A DNA stretch of 64,000 nt from a virus (IMGVR_UViG_3300047369_000650:96001-160000); one strand, 5' to 3'; shown: positions 1 to 8,901, counted from the first letter of the stretch. Notes: generated from the letters alone by a model not told the origin. Made by a program: numbers and translations.

Positions 1-13
1 ACCGCCGGAGCCA
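1..13 (+). tRNA. 3' end of a tRNA cut by the window edge (possibly tRNA-Asn)
   Basis: ...AC CGCCGGA G CCA reads as T-stem end, acceptor 3' strand, G73 discriminator and encoded CCA. It lies 5 nt before the next tRNA. Identity is inferred only from A72/G73. Confidence 0.5.
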
Positions 14-18
14 AATTA

Positions 19-94
19 GGGTCTGTAGCTTAGTGGTTAAAGCTGCCCGCTCATAACGGGTAGATCGTAGGTTCAAATCCTACCGGACCCACCA
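19..94 (+). tRNA. tRNA with CAT anticodon (Ile2/lysidine-type or elongator Met)
   Basis: 76-nt cloverleaf: acceptor GGGTCTG/CGGACCC, anticodon arm GCCCG-CTCATAA-CGGGT, T-arm GTAGG-TTCAAAT-CCTAC, encoded CCA. Paired G1-C72, so not an initiator. Confidence 0.95.
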
Positions 95-115
95 TATATA
101 ATGAGGAGAAGTGAA

Positions 116-205
116 TTGGAACTTTTATATACTATAGCAATTATAATTGGTGTTTTTCAAGATGGGAGCCCATTCTCACTTTGTTTAACAAATTGTATCG
201 GATAG
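116..205 (+). CDS. putative 29-aa hydrophobic peptide (not in ORF track)
   Basis: GAGGAG at 103-108 lies 7 nt before TTG; reads MELLYTIAIIIGVFQDGSPFSLCLTNCIG*. Confidence 0.4.
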   Translation: MELLYTIAIIIGVFQDGSPFSLCLTNCIG

Positions 206-378
206 GCGCAGGGGAAAGCCTAGCAATTTCGCTAAACGTACCCACTAAAAACCCTATTCACGTTAAACGCTCGAGCGGTGTTTAGGTTGGTATACGATCT
301 GGTACCAGGAAACCCAGACGGTTGTTGCATACGTTAAATGCAAATAGAAAGGGGGGCTCTGCAGTAAGCTCCCCTTTT
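203..378 (+). ncRNA. candidate structured non-coding RNA downstream of tRNA cluster
   Basis: GC-richer non-coding stretch with several inverted repeats (TAGGC/GCCTA, AACGT/ACGTT, TCTGG/CCAGA, TTGCAT/ATGCAA), ending in a terminator. Confidence 0.4.
348..378 (+). terminator. rho-independent terminator
   Basis: AAAGGGGGGCT-ctgcagta-AGCTCCCCTTTT, 11-bp stem with one G-U pair, followed by T-run. Confidence 0.75.
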
Positions 379-380
379 GA

Positions 381-388
381 TATAAATA
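381..388 (+). promoter_or_regulatory. T4-type late promoter (gp55)
   Basis: TATAAATA upstream of AGGAG and ATG 414. Confidence 0.75.
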
Positions 389-413
389 TTAATGTCTAAA
401 AGGAGATATTAAT

Positions 414-719
414 ATGAATATGAAAGATGTTGCGGATCTACAAAAATATGCTGTAATGCAAGCATCTATGTATAGACCGCCTGTAGATCAATACCCAAAC
501 TCGGAAAATATTAAACCGCCTATGAAAAAAGACAAAGTGCGTGTTATAGAGCAAATGGATCGGTCTCCGGTTGCATATGATAGCACAAAAGATTTCCATA
601 AAAAATTAGATGAGCTTATGTCGCAAAGACAAAACGCTGAAATAATTAAATATAAAAAGGACGGATCTATAGATCCCGCCATGGTTGATGTAGGGCAACT
701 ATTAAATATAAGTGTTTAA
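414..719 (+). CDS. hypothetical protein (late)
   Basis: 101-aa ORF with AGGAG RBS and late promoter. Confidence 0.75.
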   Translation: MNMKDVADLQKYAVMQASMYRPPVDQYPNSENIKPPMKKDKVRVIEQMDRSPVAYDSTKDFHKKLDELMSQRQNAEIIKYKKDGSIDPAMVDVGQLLNISV

Positions 720-720
720 A

Positions 721-1494
721 TTATTTATTGTACCAATCTAAATCTGGATTTACAATACTAACAGATTTGCCTTTTATTGGTGCAATATTCATCGGAGATT
801 TCTTAACGCTTCTTATAGACATCTCGAAAGTAAACTGGTAATTACCGCCACCTTTTGCTTGTACTCTCGCTCTATAACCTAGAGTTGCTGCTTGACTAAA
901 TCTAGGAACACCTTTAAATTTTAAAGGATTAGATGCACCAAGTAAATAGAATCCTGTAGTACCTACATTCATATAATATGTTTTCTTTTTATTGTAATAT
1001 TGTTCAATGTTTGTTGCAGGTATTTCAGCTTTAATTTCTTCAAATCTTTTTAACTCTTTTGCATAGATAGCTCGTTTATCAAGGTCTTTTATTTCATCTC
1101 TGAGTTCTGGTTTGTTTGAAAACTTATAAGGCTCATTTTTCCATTTTTTGTTAATAGCATCTAAAACACCATATCTCATAGCCAGATCACGAATAAATAT
1201 TTTTTCTTCTTCATTTGGTTTTGGTTCATCAAAATACCATTTACCATTTGCATATTTAATTACTAAAGATCCGCCAGAAGCTCCTGGGGATATTTTTAAT
1301 TCACACCCCGCTTCCTTACCTGCTCTTTGAATCATTAAATCTGGGATATCAGAACCAGCACCAGCCGGAGTAAATTTTTTCGGTACAATGCCCATAGGTT
1401 TTAAAACCTTTACCGCATTTATTTCATATTGAAACCCTTGTTGTGCAGTACTAGCCATTTCTGTAATATACCCTTTAAATGATTGCATAATCAT
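721..1494 (-). CDS. putative PD-(D/E)xK-family nuclease, late-expressed
   Basis: PDLMI...GCELK motif spacing; N-terminal FKGYITE; late promoter on the - strand. Confidence 0.5.
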   Translation of the reverse strand: MIMQSFKGYITEMASTAQQGFQYEINAVKVLKPMGIVPKKFTPAGAGSDIPDLMIQRAGKEAGCELKISPGASGGSLVIKYANGKWYFDEPKPNEEEKIFIRDLAMRYGVLDAINKKWKNEPYKFSNKPELRDEIKDLDKRAIYAKELKRFEEIKAEIPATNIEQYYNKKKTYYMNVGTTGFYLLGASNPLKFKGVPRFSQAATLGYRARVQAKGGGNYQFTFEMSIRSVKKSPMNIAPIKGKSVSIVNPDLDWYNK

Positions 1495-1520
1495 AGTCCT
1501 ATTAAAATGATGCTTTATGT

Positions 1521-1547
1521 TATTTATACTTTTATTTTTTATAAATA
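1521..1547. promoter_or_regulatory. divergent pair of late promoters
   Basis: TATTTATA 1521-1528 (TATAAATA on - strand) and TATAAATA 1540-1547 (+ strand). Confidence 0.8.
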
Positions 1548-1574
1548 CTTTCTATAGGAACATAGGAGCTAAAA

Positions 1575-2330
1575 ATGTTATCCAGATTATCATTTAAGGA
1601 AAGAAGTTTATTATTTGGTAGACTAGCAACTATAGCATATTTGCCTTTTGAAGATGCAAAAAGAGCTGCTAGACGATTAGGTTTTTCACAAACCACTTTT
1701 TATGATAGAGATGGAGCACAAGCATATAGATTTATGAGTAAATATGATATTGTTATTGCTTGTAGAGGCACTGAACCAACTCAATGGAATGATGTAAAAG
1801 CAGATTTAAAAGCAATTCCTGTTATGGCAGAAACTATAAGCAGAGTACATCAAGGATTTAAAGCCGAAGTTGACGATTTATGGCCAATGATTAAACCGCA
1901 TCTTGAAGTCAAAGTAAATGTAAGAAAAAAGCTATGGTTCTGCGGACATAGTTTAGGTGCTGCAATGACAACTATTATGGCTAGTAGAGCATTTCATGAT
2001 GAGAAGCTCGCAGATCCAGTTGAAGTTTATACATATGGCTCACCAAGAGTTGGTTGGAAAAAATATGTTAAGAGTCTAGGAATGATTCATCACCGATTCG
2101 TAAATAATAATGATGTAGTTACTCGTGTTCCTCTTTGGATTATGGGCTATAGACATCATGGTACTATGCACTATTTTAATAGACATGGAGATTATAGTAA
2201 AGCCACAGGTTGGAGACGAGTAAAAGATAGATTAATGGGAATGTGGATGGGCTTAAAGAAAGGTAAGATAGACAACATTGGTGATCATCCAATGGGTGCT
2301 TATATGCCATGTTTAGAAAAAATGCAGTAG
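1575..2330 (+). CDS. class 3 lipase / phospholipase (alpha/beta hydrolase)
   Basis: CRGTE, VHQGF, GHSLG nucleophile elbow, YTYGSPRVG, FVNNNDVVTRVP, C-terminal DH. Confidence 0.9.
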   Translation: MLSRLSFKERSLLFGRLATIAYLPFEDAKRAARRLGFSQTTFYDRDGAQAYRFMSKYDIVIACRGTEPTQWNDVKADLKAIPVMAETISRVHQGFKAEVDDLWPMIKPHLEVKVNVRKKLWFCGHSLGAAMTTIMASRAFHDEKLADPVEVYTYGSPRVGWKKYVKSLGMIHHRFVNNNDVVTRVPLWIMGYRHHGTMHYFNRHGDYSKATGWRRVKDRLMGMWMGLKKGKIDNIGDHPMGAYMPCLEKMQ

Positions 2331-2797
2331 GTGTTTTCTGTTTAAGTTTTCTTATAGCGTGTCAACCTATAGAAGAAACTTTAGATATATCCAAACCGGC
2401 TGAGCAATATATCGGTTTAGACGAATATAAAAACAGAAAACAATTAAAAGAATTAGTGGGAGTTGATCCTGTTCATACTGAATGGTGTGCAGCATTTGTA
2501 AATTTTGTTCTTGATATACAAGATATACCTGGTTCTGAATCAGTAAGTGATTATCCTCTCATGGCTAGATCATTTTTGACTTGGGGCGAAGAAGTTTTAG
2601 ATAAGCCCATAAAAGGAGATATTGTAATATTTCCAAGAGGCGGTAAACTATGGCAAGGTCATGTCGGATTCTTTATAAGAGAAGTTCAGTATGAAAATAG
2701 AACAAGATGGATTATACTAGGCGGAAATCAAGATAATACTGTAAGTTATGCAGAATTTAATCCTAAAAAAGCAATAGCAATTAGAAGAAAAAAGTAA
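2309..2797 (+). CDS. TIGR02594-like CHAP/NlpC-P60 peptidoglycan hydrolase with lipoprotein signal
   Basis: EWCAAFVNF (Cys), GDIVIF..GHVGFF (His), LGGNQ; lipobox-like FLIA-C. Confidence 0.8.
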   Translation: MFRKNAVGVFCLSFLIACQPIEETLDISKPAEQYIGLDEYKNRKQLKELVGVDPVHTEWCAAFVNFVLDIQDIPGSESVSDYPLMARSFLTWGEEVLDKPIKGDIVIFPRGGKLWQGHVGFFIREVQYENRTRWIILGGNQDNTVSYAEFNPKKAIAIRRKK

Positions 2798-2800
2798 ATT

Positions 2801-2834
2801 AGGGGTTTACTTTTCTTAAAAAATATATTAGAAT
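2801..2834 (+). promoter_or_regulatory. early promoter cassette
   Basis: AGGGG-TTTACT-17nt-TAGAAT. Confidence 0.7.
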
Positions 2835-2857
2835 AGTAAAATCTAATGGAGATAAAA

Positions 2858-3355
2858 ATGAAAAAAACTTTAACTGCAATGGTATTAGCTATGGCTGCAT
2901 CTGCATCATTAGCTGCTACAAAGAGTGCTGAAGTTTGGTATATAGAAAATGTTAATGTTCAGCAACAAACCCAAGAACCTGTACAAGAGTGTTCGATGCA
3001 ACAAGTACCAGTATATGGTACTGTTCATAATCAACATGCCACTGGTATTAATAATAATGTTCTTGCTGGAGCTATTATTGGTGGCTTAATTGGTGGGACA
3101 TCTAGAGGCAGTGACTCTGGTATTTTACCTGGAGTGATTGTTGGAGGCCTACTTGGTAGCACAACACCTGGTGCTCAGAAACAAAAAATAATTGGTTATA
3201 AGTCTCAACAAGTTTGTAATACTGTTTATCAACCAATAAATCAACAAGTGCAAACTCAGATTGTACACTGGAAACATGGAAATCAGCGTGGCTATTTTTA
3301 TAGTAACGAAAAGCACTATGTTGGTCAGACCGTAATGGTTGATGTTGGAATGTAA
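2858..3355 (+). CDS. exported glycine-zipper 2TM-like protein
   Basis: Signal peptide MKKTLTAMVLAMAASASLA; GAIIGGLIGG...GVIVGGLLG; GGAG RBS favours ATG 2858. Confidence 0.7.
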   Translation: MKKTLTAMVLAMAASASLAATKSAEVWYIENVNVQQQTQEPVQECSMQQVPVYGTVHNQHATGINNNVLAGAIIGGLIGGTSRGSDSGILPGVIVGGLLGSTTPGAQKQKIIGYKSQQVCNTVYQPINQQVQTQIVHWKHGNQRGYFYSNEKHYVGQTVMVDVGM

Positions 3356-3372
3356 ATTGGAAAGATTATATT

Positions 3373-3558
3373 ATGAGAAATTCAAATACACAGAATAGTT
3401 TTTCTGTAGATAATGATGGTCATATTCGACTGAAGACAAATCTATCACCTAAAGATTTAGGTATCCAAAGTGCAGATACATTTGTGGTTCTAATTGTAGA
3501 TGATGAAGCAATTTTAGTTAAAATGGAATTAGAACTAAAAGCTCATGTAAATGTTTAG
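3373..3558 (+). CDS. small protein, possible AbrB/SpoVT-like swapped hairpin
   Basis: VDNDGHIRL...LGIQSADTF...ILVK resembles the AbrB pattern. Confidence 0.45.
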   Translation: MRNSNTQNSFSVDNDGHIRLKTNLSPKDLGIQSADTFVVLIVDDEAILVKMELELKAHVNV

Positions 3559-4021
3559 TCAGAAAAAAATTGAAGAAATTGTTGACTTACTCATTACTCT
3601 AACGCCAGAAACAAAAATTTACTTTGGTTGTGATTCAGTAAGATACTTTAAAAAGAATAAACCCTATGCTCGTTATGCTACTGTGATGATTGTTCACAAG
3701 AATGGTAATAACGGATGTAGAATTTTCTCAGAGGTATCCTATGAAAGAGACTATGATCTAAAAAAAGATCGACCGAAAATGAGAATGATAAACGAAGCAA
3801 AGAAAGTATGCGAATTATATTTGCATATAATACCATTTATTGATGAATTTGATGTCGAGATACATTTAGATGTTAATACTGATCCTAAACATGGATCCTA
3901 TTGTGCAGTAAATGAGGCAGCTGGTTATGTTCTAGGTATGACTGGTATCGAGCCAAAATTAAAACCGCATGGCTTTGCTGCAAGTTACGGTGCTGATGGA
4001 GTTGCTCATGGAAGAGGATAA
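3551..4021 (+). CDS. RNase H-like protein, YkuK (DUF458) family
   Basis: YFGCDS, R..NE, EIHLDVN..G.S motifs. Confidence 0.75.
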   Translation: MFSQKKIEEIVDLLITLTPETKIYFGCDSVRYFKKNKPYARYATVMIVHKNGNNGCRIFSEVSYERDYDLKKDRPKMRMINEAKKVCELYLHIIPFIDEFDVEIHLDVNTDPKHGSYCAVNEAAGYVLGMTGIEPKLKPHGFAASYGADGVAHGRG

Positions 4022-4253
4022 TATAAGATCACCAAAACTAATTTTTCTAAAAGATATTCTTGAAACTAAAGTTCGTAAAGAACAAGAGTTAGCATACTAT
4101 CAAAAGAAATTGGAAGAACTTGAAGTAAAGATGGGTTATCTTCGACAAGATATAAATTTAACAAATACTATTATTAATATTATTGAAGAAGAACAAGTGA
4201 TTGATTTTAAAGAACAGATGGAAAAAAGATTACTTATAAAGGACCCTAAATGA
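4008..4253 (+). CDS. hypothetical coiled-coil protein
   Basis: Track ORF 3969-4253; ATG 4008 overlapping the upstream stop is the likelier start. Confidence 0.65.
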   Translation: MEEDNIRSPKLIFLKDILETKVRKEQELAYYQKKLEELEVKMGYLRQDINLTNTIINIIEEEQVIDFKEQMEKRLLIKDPK

Positions 4254-4552
4254 CTCAACCATCATATGCATTTAAAAAAGATTTACAGTTATTAATTCAA
4301 AGACATCGAATAGATGATCTTTGTGGAAAACCATCATATACAGTAACGGAATATATAATGAAACAAATTGAAGCTTATCAAAGAGAACACGTGCAGCCAA
4401 AAAACTGGTGGGGCGATATAAATAGTATTGCACCCTCACCAGTTTACGAAAAAGGCTACCCTTCTTACGAAGCGGTCAATATAGAAAAGCCTATCCAAGA
4501 AAGATACCACGAATATATGGGTCGAATGTTAAAGGAAGAAAAAGATGAGTGA
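4250..4552 (+). CDS. hypothetical protein
   Basis: ATGA-coupled 100-aa ORF. Confidence 0.7.
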   Translation: MTQPSYAFKKDLQLLIQRHRIDDLCGKPSYTVTEYIMKQIEAYQREHVQPKNWWGDINSIAPSPVYEKGYPSYEAVNIEKPIQERYHEYMGRMLKEEKDE

Positions 4553-4805
4553 TATATTTGATTTTGGTTTTACCGCCGTAGATGAAGATGAACTTCAGGC
4601 AGTACAACAAACACAAGCTTTGGCCAGTAGTGCAGAACAAGTAGCTACTACAACACAGGATAAACTTGATAAACTTTATAATGCTGTTATTCCTCTTTTA
4701 AATAATCTTAAGGCTAATCCAGAGAAGGAATATATTCTCTGGCCGAATCGGTTAGCAAAGGTAGAAGCCTTTGAAACACATCTAACAGATATATACAAAT
4801 CATAA
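4545..4805 (+). CDS. hypothetical protein typical of marine T4-like phages
   Basis: FDFGFTAVDEDEL...NLKANPEKEYILWPNR. Confidence 0.75.
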   Translation: MSDIFDFGFTAVDEDELQAVQQTQALASSAEQVATTTQDKLDKLYNAVIPLLNNLKANPEKEYILWPNRLAKVEAFETHLTDIYKS

Positions 4806-4842
4806 AAATCATAAGTTATTCTTTTTATTAGATTCTTTTTTC

Positions 4843-4880
4843 TTTACATTACACATAAAATATGCTATTTTGTAAGAGTA
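4843..4880 (+). promoter_or_regulatory. early promoter cassette
   Basis: TTTACA-17nt-TATTTT followed by GTAAGAGTA, shared with other copies. Confidence 0.65.
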
Positions 4881-4899
4881 GAAAGAAAGAGGATCTATA

Positions 4900-5544
4900 A
4901 TGCAAATCGTAATTACTTCAGACCAAAGAGAACTATTCCACAGTCTTAAAGCAAAAGACTGGAATCGTGAAGCTATTGCTGCTTATCTAAAGTATGAAAG
5001 TAAAAAGAAATCTGTAATTCGCAATAAAAGAATTACGCTTGGATCTGATTCTCAAAGATCAAAAACTTATAGTGCAGAATTTGCTTACCATAAAAAGTTT
5101 GGTTACGGTAAGCAATTCGAGACAATCAAAGATTGCCAAAAATATACTAATAAAATAACTAATTCAGCTACTTGGAAAAAACTAGTAAAAGAATCTAGGC
5201 ACGAACATCGCAGAAATGTTTCAGTAGAGACTCTTGGTGGCCATAGATTTGCTGGCATGTCTCACGGATATAAAATTCGTCTTAATACTACAGGTATGAA
5301 TGAGTATGTCATACTTCACGAATTAGCACATAGTGCAGGATACATGCACCATGATGTTGGATTCCGTATTTGTTTACTAAAGCTTGTATCACGTTTCTTA
5401 GGTAGAGAACAAGCTCAGGAATTAAAGAGCCAATTTAAAGCTCGTAAACTTAAAGTAACGATTAGTAATCATATTAAATCTCCAGAGCAGTGGCTCAAGA
5501 CATATGAAAGATTAGAAAGTGCTAGGGCTGCGAGAGCAGCCTAA
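4900..5544 (+). CDS. HExxH zinc-metalloprotease-like (SprT-like) protein
   Basis: VILHELAH followed by HDVGFR. Confidence 0.65.
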   Translation: MQIVITSDQRELFHSLKAKDWNREAIAAYLKYESKKKSVIRNKRITLGSDSQRSKTYSAEFAYHKKFGYGKQFETIKDCQKYTNKITNSATWKKLVKESRHEHRRNVSVETLGGHRFAGMSHGYKIRLNTTGMNEYVILHELAHSAGYMHHDVGFRICLLKLVSRFLGREQAQELKSQFKARKLKVTISNHIKSPEQWLKTYERLESARAARAA

Positions 5545-5581
5545 TACTTTTGGATATGGAAAAGATAATGAGTATAGGTAT

Positions 5582-5622
5582 GCATTTTAGGGGTTTACAA
5601 ATCATTAGAAATATGATATGTT
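5582..5622 (+). promoter_or_regulatory. early promoter cassette
   Basis: GCATTTTAGGGG-TTTACA(5594)-17nt-TATGTT(5617). Confidence 0.8.
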
Positions 5623-5647
5623 GTAACTATAATAAAAAGGAATAAAT

Positions 5648-6235
5648 ATGATTGACAATATGAATAAAATAATCTTAACCGACTGCGACGGTGTTCTTAT
5701 GAACTGGGAGTTTGCTTTTAATCTTTGGATGAAACATAAAGGTTATAATATCTCTCCAGAAAATGAACATGCCTATGATATGGGTCAACGTTATGGTTTA
5801 GATAGCCAGACTAAAAAATTAGTTGTTCAAACTTTTAATGAGTCTGCAGCTATTGGCTTTTTGCCACCACTACGTGATGCAATGTATTATGTAGATTTGC
5901 TCCATCGGAAACATGGTTATGTTTTTCATATGGTCACTTCTTTGTCATTAGATCCTTCAGCTCAAGCTCTTCGGATTGAAAATACTAAAAAGTTATTCGG
6001 AGAAACCGCTTTTACTAGTTTCTCTTTTGCAGACACTGGTGCAGATAAAGATGATGTACTAGAACCCTACAAAGGTAGTGGTTATCTTTGGTTAGAAGAT
6101 AAAACAGAAAATGCCGAACTTGGTGATCGGCTTGGATTAGAAAGTATCCTAATTGAACATGGTCACAATATGAATAATAAACAATTCCCTTTAATGAAAA
6201 ACTGGAGCGATCTGTATGAGTATATCACTGGCTGA
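5648..6235 (+). CDS. HAD-superfamily 5'(3')-nucleotidase-like phosphatase
   Basis: ILTDCDGVL (motif I), VTS (II), DK (III), WLEDK (IV). Confidence 0.8.
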   Translation: MIDNMNKIILTDCDGVLMNWEFAFNLWMKHKGYNISPENEHAYDMGQRYGLDSQTKKLVVQTFNESAAIGFLPPLRDAMYYVDLLHRKHGYVFHMVTSLSLDPSAQALRIENTKKLFGETAFTSFSFADTGADKDDVLEPYKGSGYLWLEDKTENAELGDRLGLESILIEHGHNMNNKQFPLMKNWSDLYEYITG

Positions 6236-6428
6236 ACTATTAAGACTAAGATCAGAATATGAAGACTTGGCAAGAAGTTTTGATATTGCTGAGGATAAAC
6301 GTCATGGAGTTATAAATAGCTTAGAGTGGTTTAAACGATATGGTAATCGTAAAAACAGATTTAGAAATGGTTATGACAGAGCAATAGAAATATGCAATGT
6401 CATGCTAAGAGAAATTAAAAGGGAATAG
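6216..6428 (+). CDS. hypothetical protein
   Basis: 70-aa ORF in operon context. Confidence 0.65.
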   Translation: MSISLAELLRLRSEYEDLARSFDIAEDKRHGVINSLEWFKRYGNRKNRFRNGYDRAIEICNVMLREIKRE

Positions 6429-6430
6429 GA

Positions 6431-8839
6431 ATGCCATCAAAGTCAGTCCTTATAGCACAAGCTTTTAGTAAAACGGGAGTCTTATCTACAGTTGTAGATT
6501 CGGCTCCTTCAGTTAATACTGGACAAGTAGATGTAGCTACATCAGCCGATTTACCTAATACAGGTAATGATGTAGGCGATCAAGCTTTTGTTCAGGAAAC
6601 TAATAGATTATACATATGGAGTGGTTCAGGTTGGTATAACATTGCATTAATTAATACTACTCCTACGTGGGATTCTAACGGTCAACCAGAAAGTTCTTAT
6701 GTGTTGGATGTTGATAGCCCACAAGATGCAACAGTTATTACTCTTGCTGCTAGTGACCCAGAAGGAATTCCGATAACCTATGAATATATTACGAGTGGTC
6801 AAATGGATAGTATTGCTACCGTATCTCAGGATTCCTCCGTGTTTACTATTACACCAAAAACAGAAGCTCAGGTGCCTGATGGTGGTACGGGATCCATTAC
6901 TTTTAGAGCATCTGATGGAGTTAATATTTTACCTCAAGTATCAAGTTTCACTCTTAATTTTAGTACAAGTATTGCAAATACCAAATATAACACGTTATTA
7001 GTTACAGTAACTGACACGTCGGATAACAATAACATTACTGATGCATCAGTTAATAACCATTTAATTACTGTAAATGGTGATGCTCATGCTGGTACGTTTA
7101 GCCCATATAGAAGTGGTGGATATTCTACTTACTTTGACGGCTCTGGCGATTATTTGACTGCAACAGGCACAGCTATAGGAACAGGAGATTTTACACTAGA
7201 GGCATGGATATATACTGCATCATTTTCAAACTACCGAACTATTTTTACAAATAGAGGTTCATCAAATTCCACTGGCAACTTTGTATTGGGTGTAGATTCA
7301 GCGGCTCAAGTTTATCTTTATAGCAATAACTTTTTAATTACTTCATCGAGTACATTATCGGCAAACACTTGGCACCATGTTGCACTCGTTCGTAATGGCA
7401 CTGGCTCAGGATCAACAGTTTTATATATTGATGGTTCTTCTGTTGGTTCTGCAGATGTCAGCAATAATTTTTCAGACACAGCCTATGATATTGGTGGAGA
7501 TACAGTCGATAGCTATCACTGGAACGGTTATATCTCAGACCTTAGAGTTAATATAGGTACAGCAATATATATCTCTGCCTTTACTCCACCAACTAAGAGA
7601 CTAACAGCTATAACAAATACTTCCCTGCTTACCTGTCACTTGCCATACATTGCTGATGGCTCAACTAATAATTACTCTATCACAGTAAACGGCAATGTTA
7701 CTACAAAACCATACTCACCTTACGACTACGACGAATACGATGCAGACGTTCACGGCGGGTCTGTGTACTTTGATGACACATTTGATTCTTTGCAGCTTCC
7801 AGGCAATATTAATTTAGGTGGTGATTTTACCGTAAGTGCTTGGATTTATATGCAAGGAACAAGTAAAGCGGTTATATTAGGATCTACCTACCCGCCTAAC
7901 TATCAGTTTTTTATTGATAGTAGTAATGTAATCGGTTTTCACGATAACACAACAACGGTAAATGGCACTGGAATAGTCCAAAGAGATAAATGGAATTATT
8001 GTGTTTGGTCAAGGTCTGGATCAAATATTAGTATGTATGTCAATGGTGAATCTAGGGGAACCGGAACTTCTAGTGCAACCTTTCAAATGAGATATGTAAG
8101 CAGTCTTGGTAACCAATATGATTTTTTTAATGGGTATATATCTGATCTGCAAATAAAAACAACTTCAACTTCGGCAGCTAATGCAGTTCCACCAACAGCA
8201 CCACTATCTTCATCTGGCACATCTCTACACATCAAAGGCACAGACGCTTCTATCATAGATAAATCTCAAGTTTCTAACCTAAAGCTTGTTGGTAATACTA
8301 CTGGATCAACTACTCAGGTTAAGTTTGCTAATACTAAGTCTATGTATTTTGATGGGAGTGGAGATTATATTGATACCAATAAAAATTTACAGGGAGATTT
8401 TGGTACAGGTGATTTTACTGTTGAAGGATGGTTTTACTTAAATGAGGCTATTGGTGCTGTCAGAGTTTTATTGGGTTCTGGTACAGGTGATGGCAATGAT
8501 GAGTTTATGCTGGTTCTTGAATCAAATGGTAAACTGACTTATGATTGGTTTAGCGTGTCGGATTATATTCAAAGCACCTCAACGATTACTGCATATACTT
8601 GGCATCATATAGCACTTACCAGATCAGGAACACAACTTGATCTTTGGTTAGACGGTACTAGTGTTGCTAGTAATTCAAGTCATTCATACAACTATAACGG
8701 AACATCTACTTTTAAAATCGGAATGTCAAGAGCTGGCGCCTTTTTTTGGAATGGATATATCCAAGATGTGCGAATTACAAATGGTCTAGCAAGATACACC
8801 GCAAACTTTACACCACCAACAGCTTCATTAGAAGGTTAA
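6431..8839 (+). CDS. virion structural / fibre protein with repeated LamG (concanavalin A-like lectin) domains
   Basis: Repeats of YFDGSGDY..GTGDFT(L/V)E.W..WHH(V/I)AL.R..(W)NGYI.D.R...FTPPT; directly upstream of gp13. Confidence 0.8.
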   Translation: MPSKSVLIAQAFSKTGVLSTVVDSAPSVNTGQVDVATSADLPNTGNDVGDQAFVQETNRLYIWSGSGWYNIALINTTPTWDSNGQPESSYVLDVDSPQDATVITLAASDPEGIPITYEYITSGQMDSIATVSQDSSVFTITPKTEAQVPDGGTGSITFRASDGVNILPQVSSFTLNFSTSIANTKYNTLLVTVTDTSDNNNITDASVNNHLITVNGDAHAGTFSPYRSGGYSTYFDGSGDYLTATGTAIGTGDFTLEAWIYTASFSNYRTIFTNRGSSNSTGNFVLGVDSAAQVYLYSNNFLITSSSTLSANTWHHVALVRNGTGSGSTVLYIDGSSVGSADVSNNFSDTAYDIGGDTVDSYHWNGYISDLRVNIGTAIYISAFTPPTKRLTAITNTSLLTCHLPYIADGSTNNYSITVNGNVTTKPYSPYDYDEYDADVHGGSVYFDDTFDSLQLPGNINLGGDFTVSAWIYMQGTSKAVILGSTYPPNYQFFIDSSNVIGFHDNTTTVNGTGIVQRDKWNYCVWSRSGSNISMYVNGESRGTGTSSATFQMRYVSSLGNQYDFFNGYISDLQIKTTSTSAANAVPPTAPLSSSGTSLHIKGTDASIIDKSQVSNLKLVGNTTGSTTQVKFANTKSMYFDGSGDYIDTNKNLQGDFGTGDFTVEGWFYLNEAIGAVRVLLGSGTGDGNDEFMLVLESNGKLTYDWFSVSDYIQSTSTITAYTWHHIALTRSGTQLDLWLDGTSVASNSSHSYNYNGTSTFKIGMSRAGAFFWNGYIQDVRITNGLARYTANFTPPTASLEG

Positions 8840-8862
8840 TTTCAAGTTCTAATAATTTTTTA

Positions 8863-8870
8863 TATAAATA
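8863..8870 (+). promoter_or_regulatory. late promoter
   Basis: TATAAATA before gp13. Confidence 0.85.
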
Positions 8871-8901
8871 GTAGCAAATACTATTTTATAGGAAAGTTAT
8901 A

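Noticed and set aside
19-94. Initiator tRNA-fMet
   Set aside because: It has a G1-C72 pair and lacks the three consecutive G-C pairs in initiator orientation in the anticodon stem.
203-410. tmRNA, 6S, SRP or RNase P identity for the structured region
   Set aside because: No GGGGC..CCA tRNA-like ends, no tag ending in Ala-Ala (the GCA AAT frame reads ANRKGG...), and no SRP or RNase P signature recognised.
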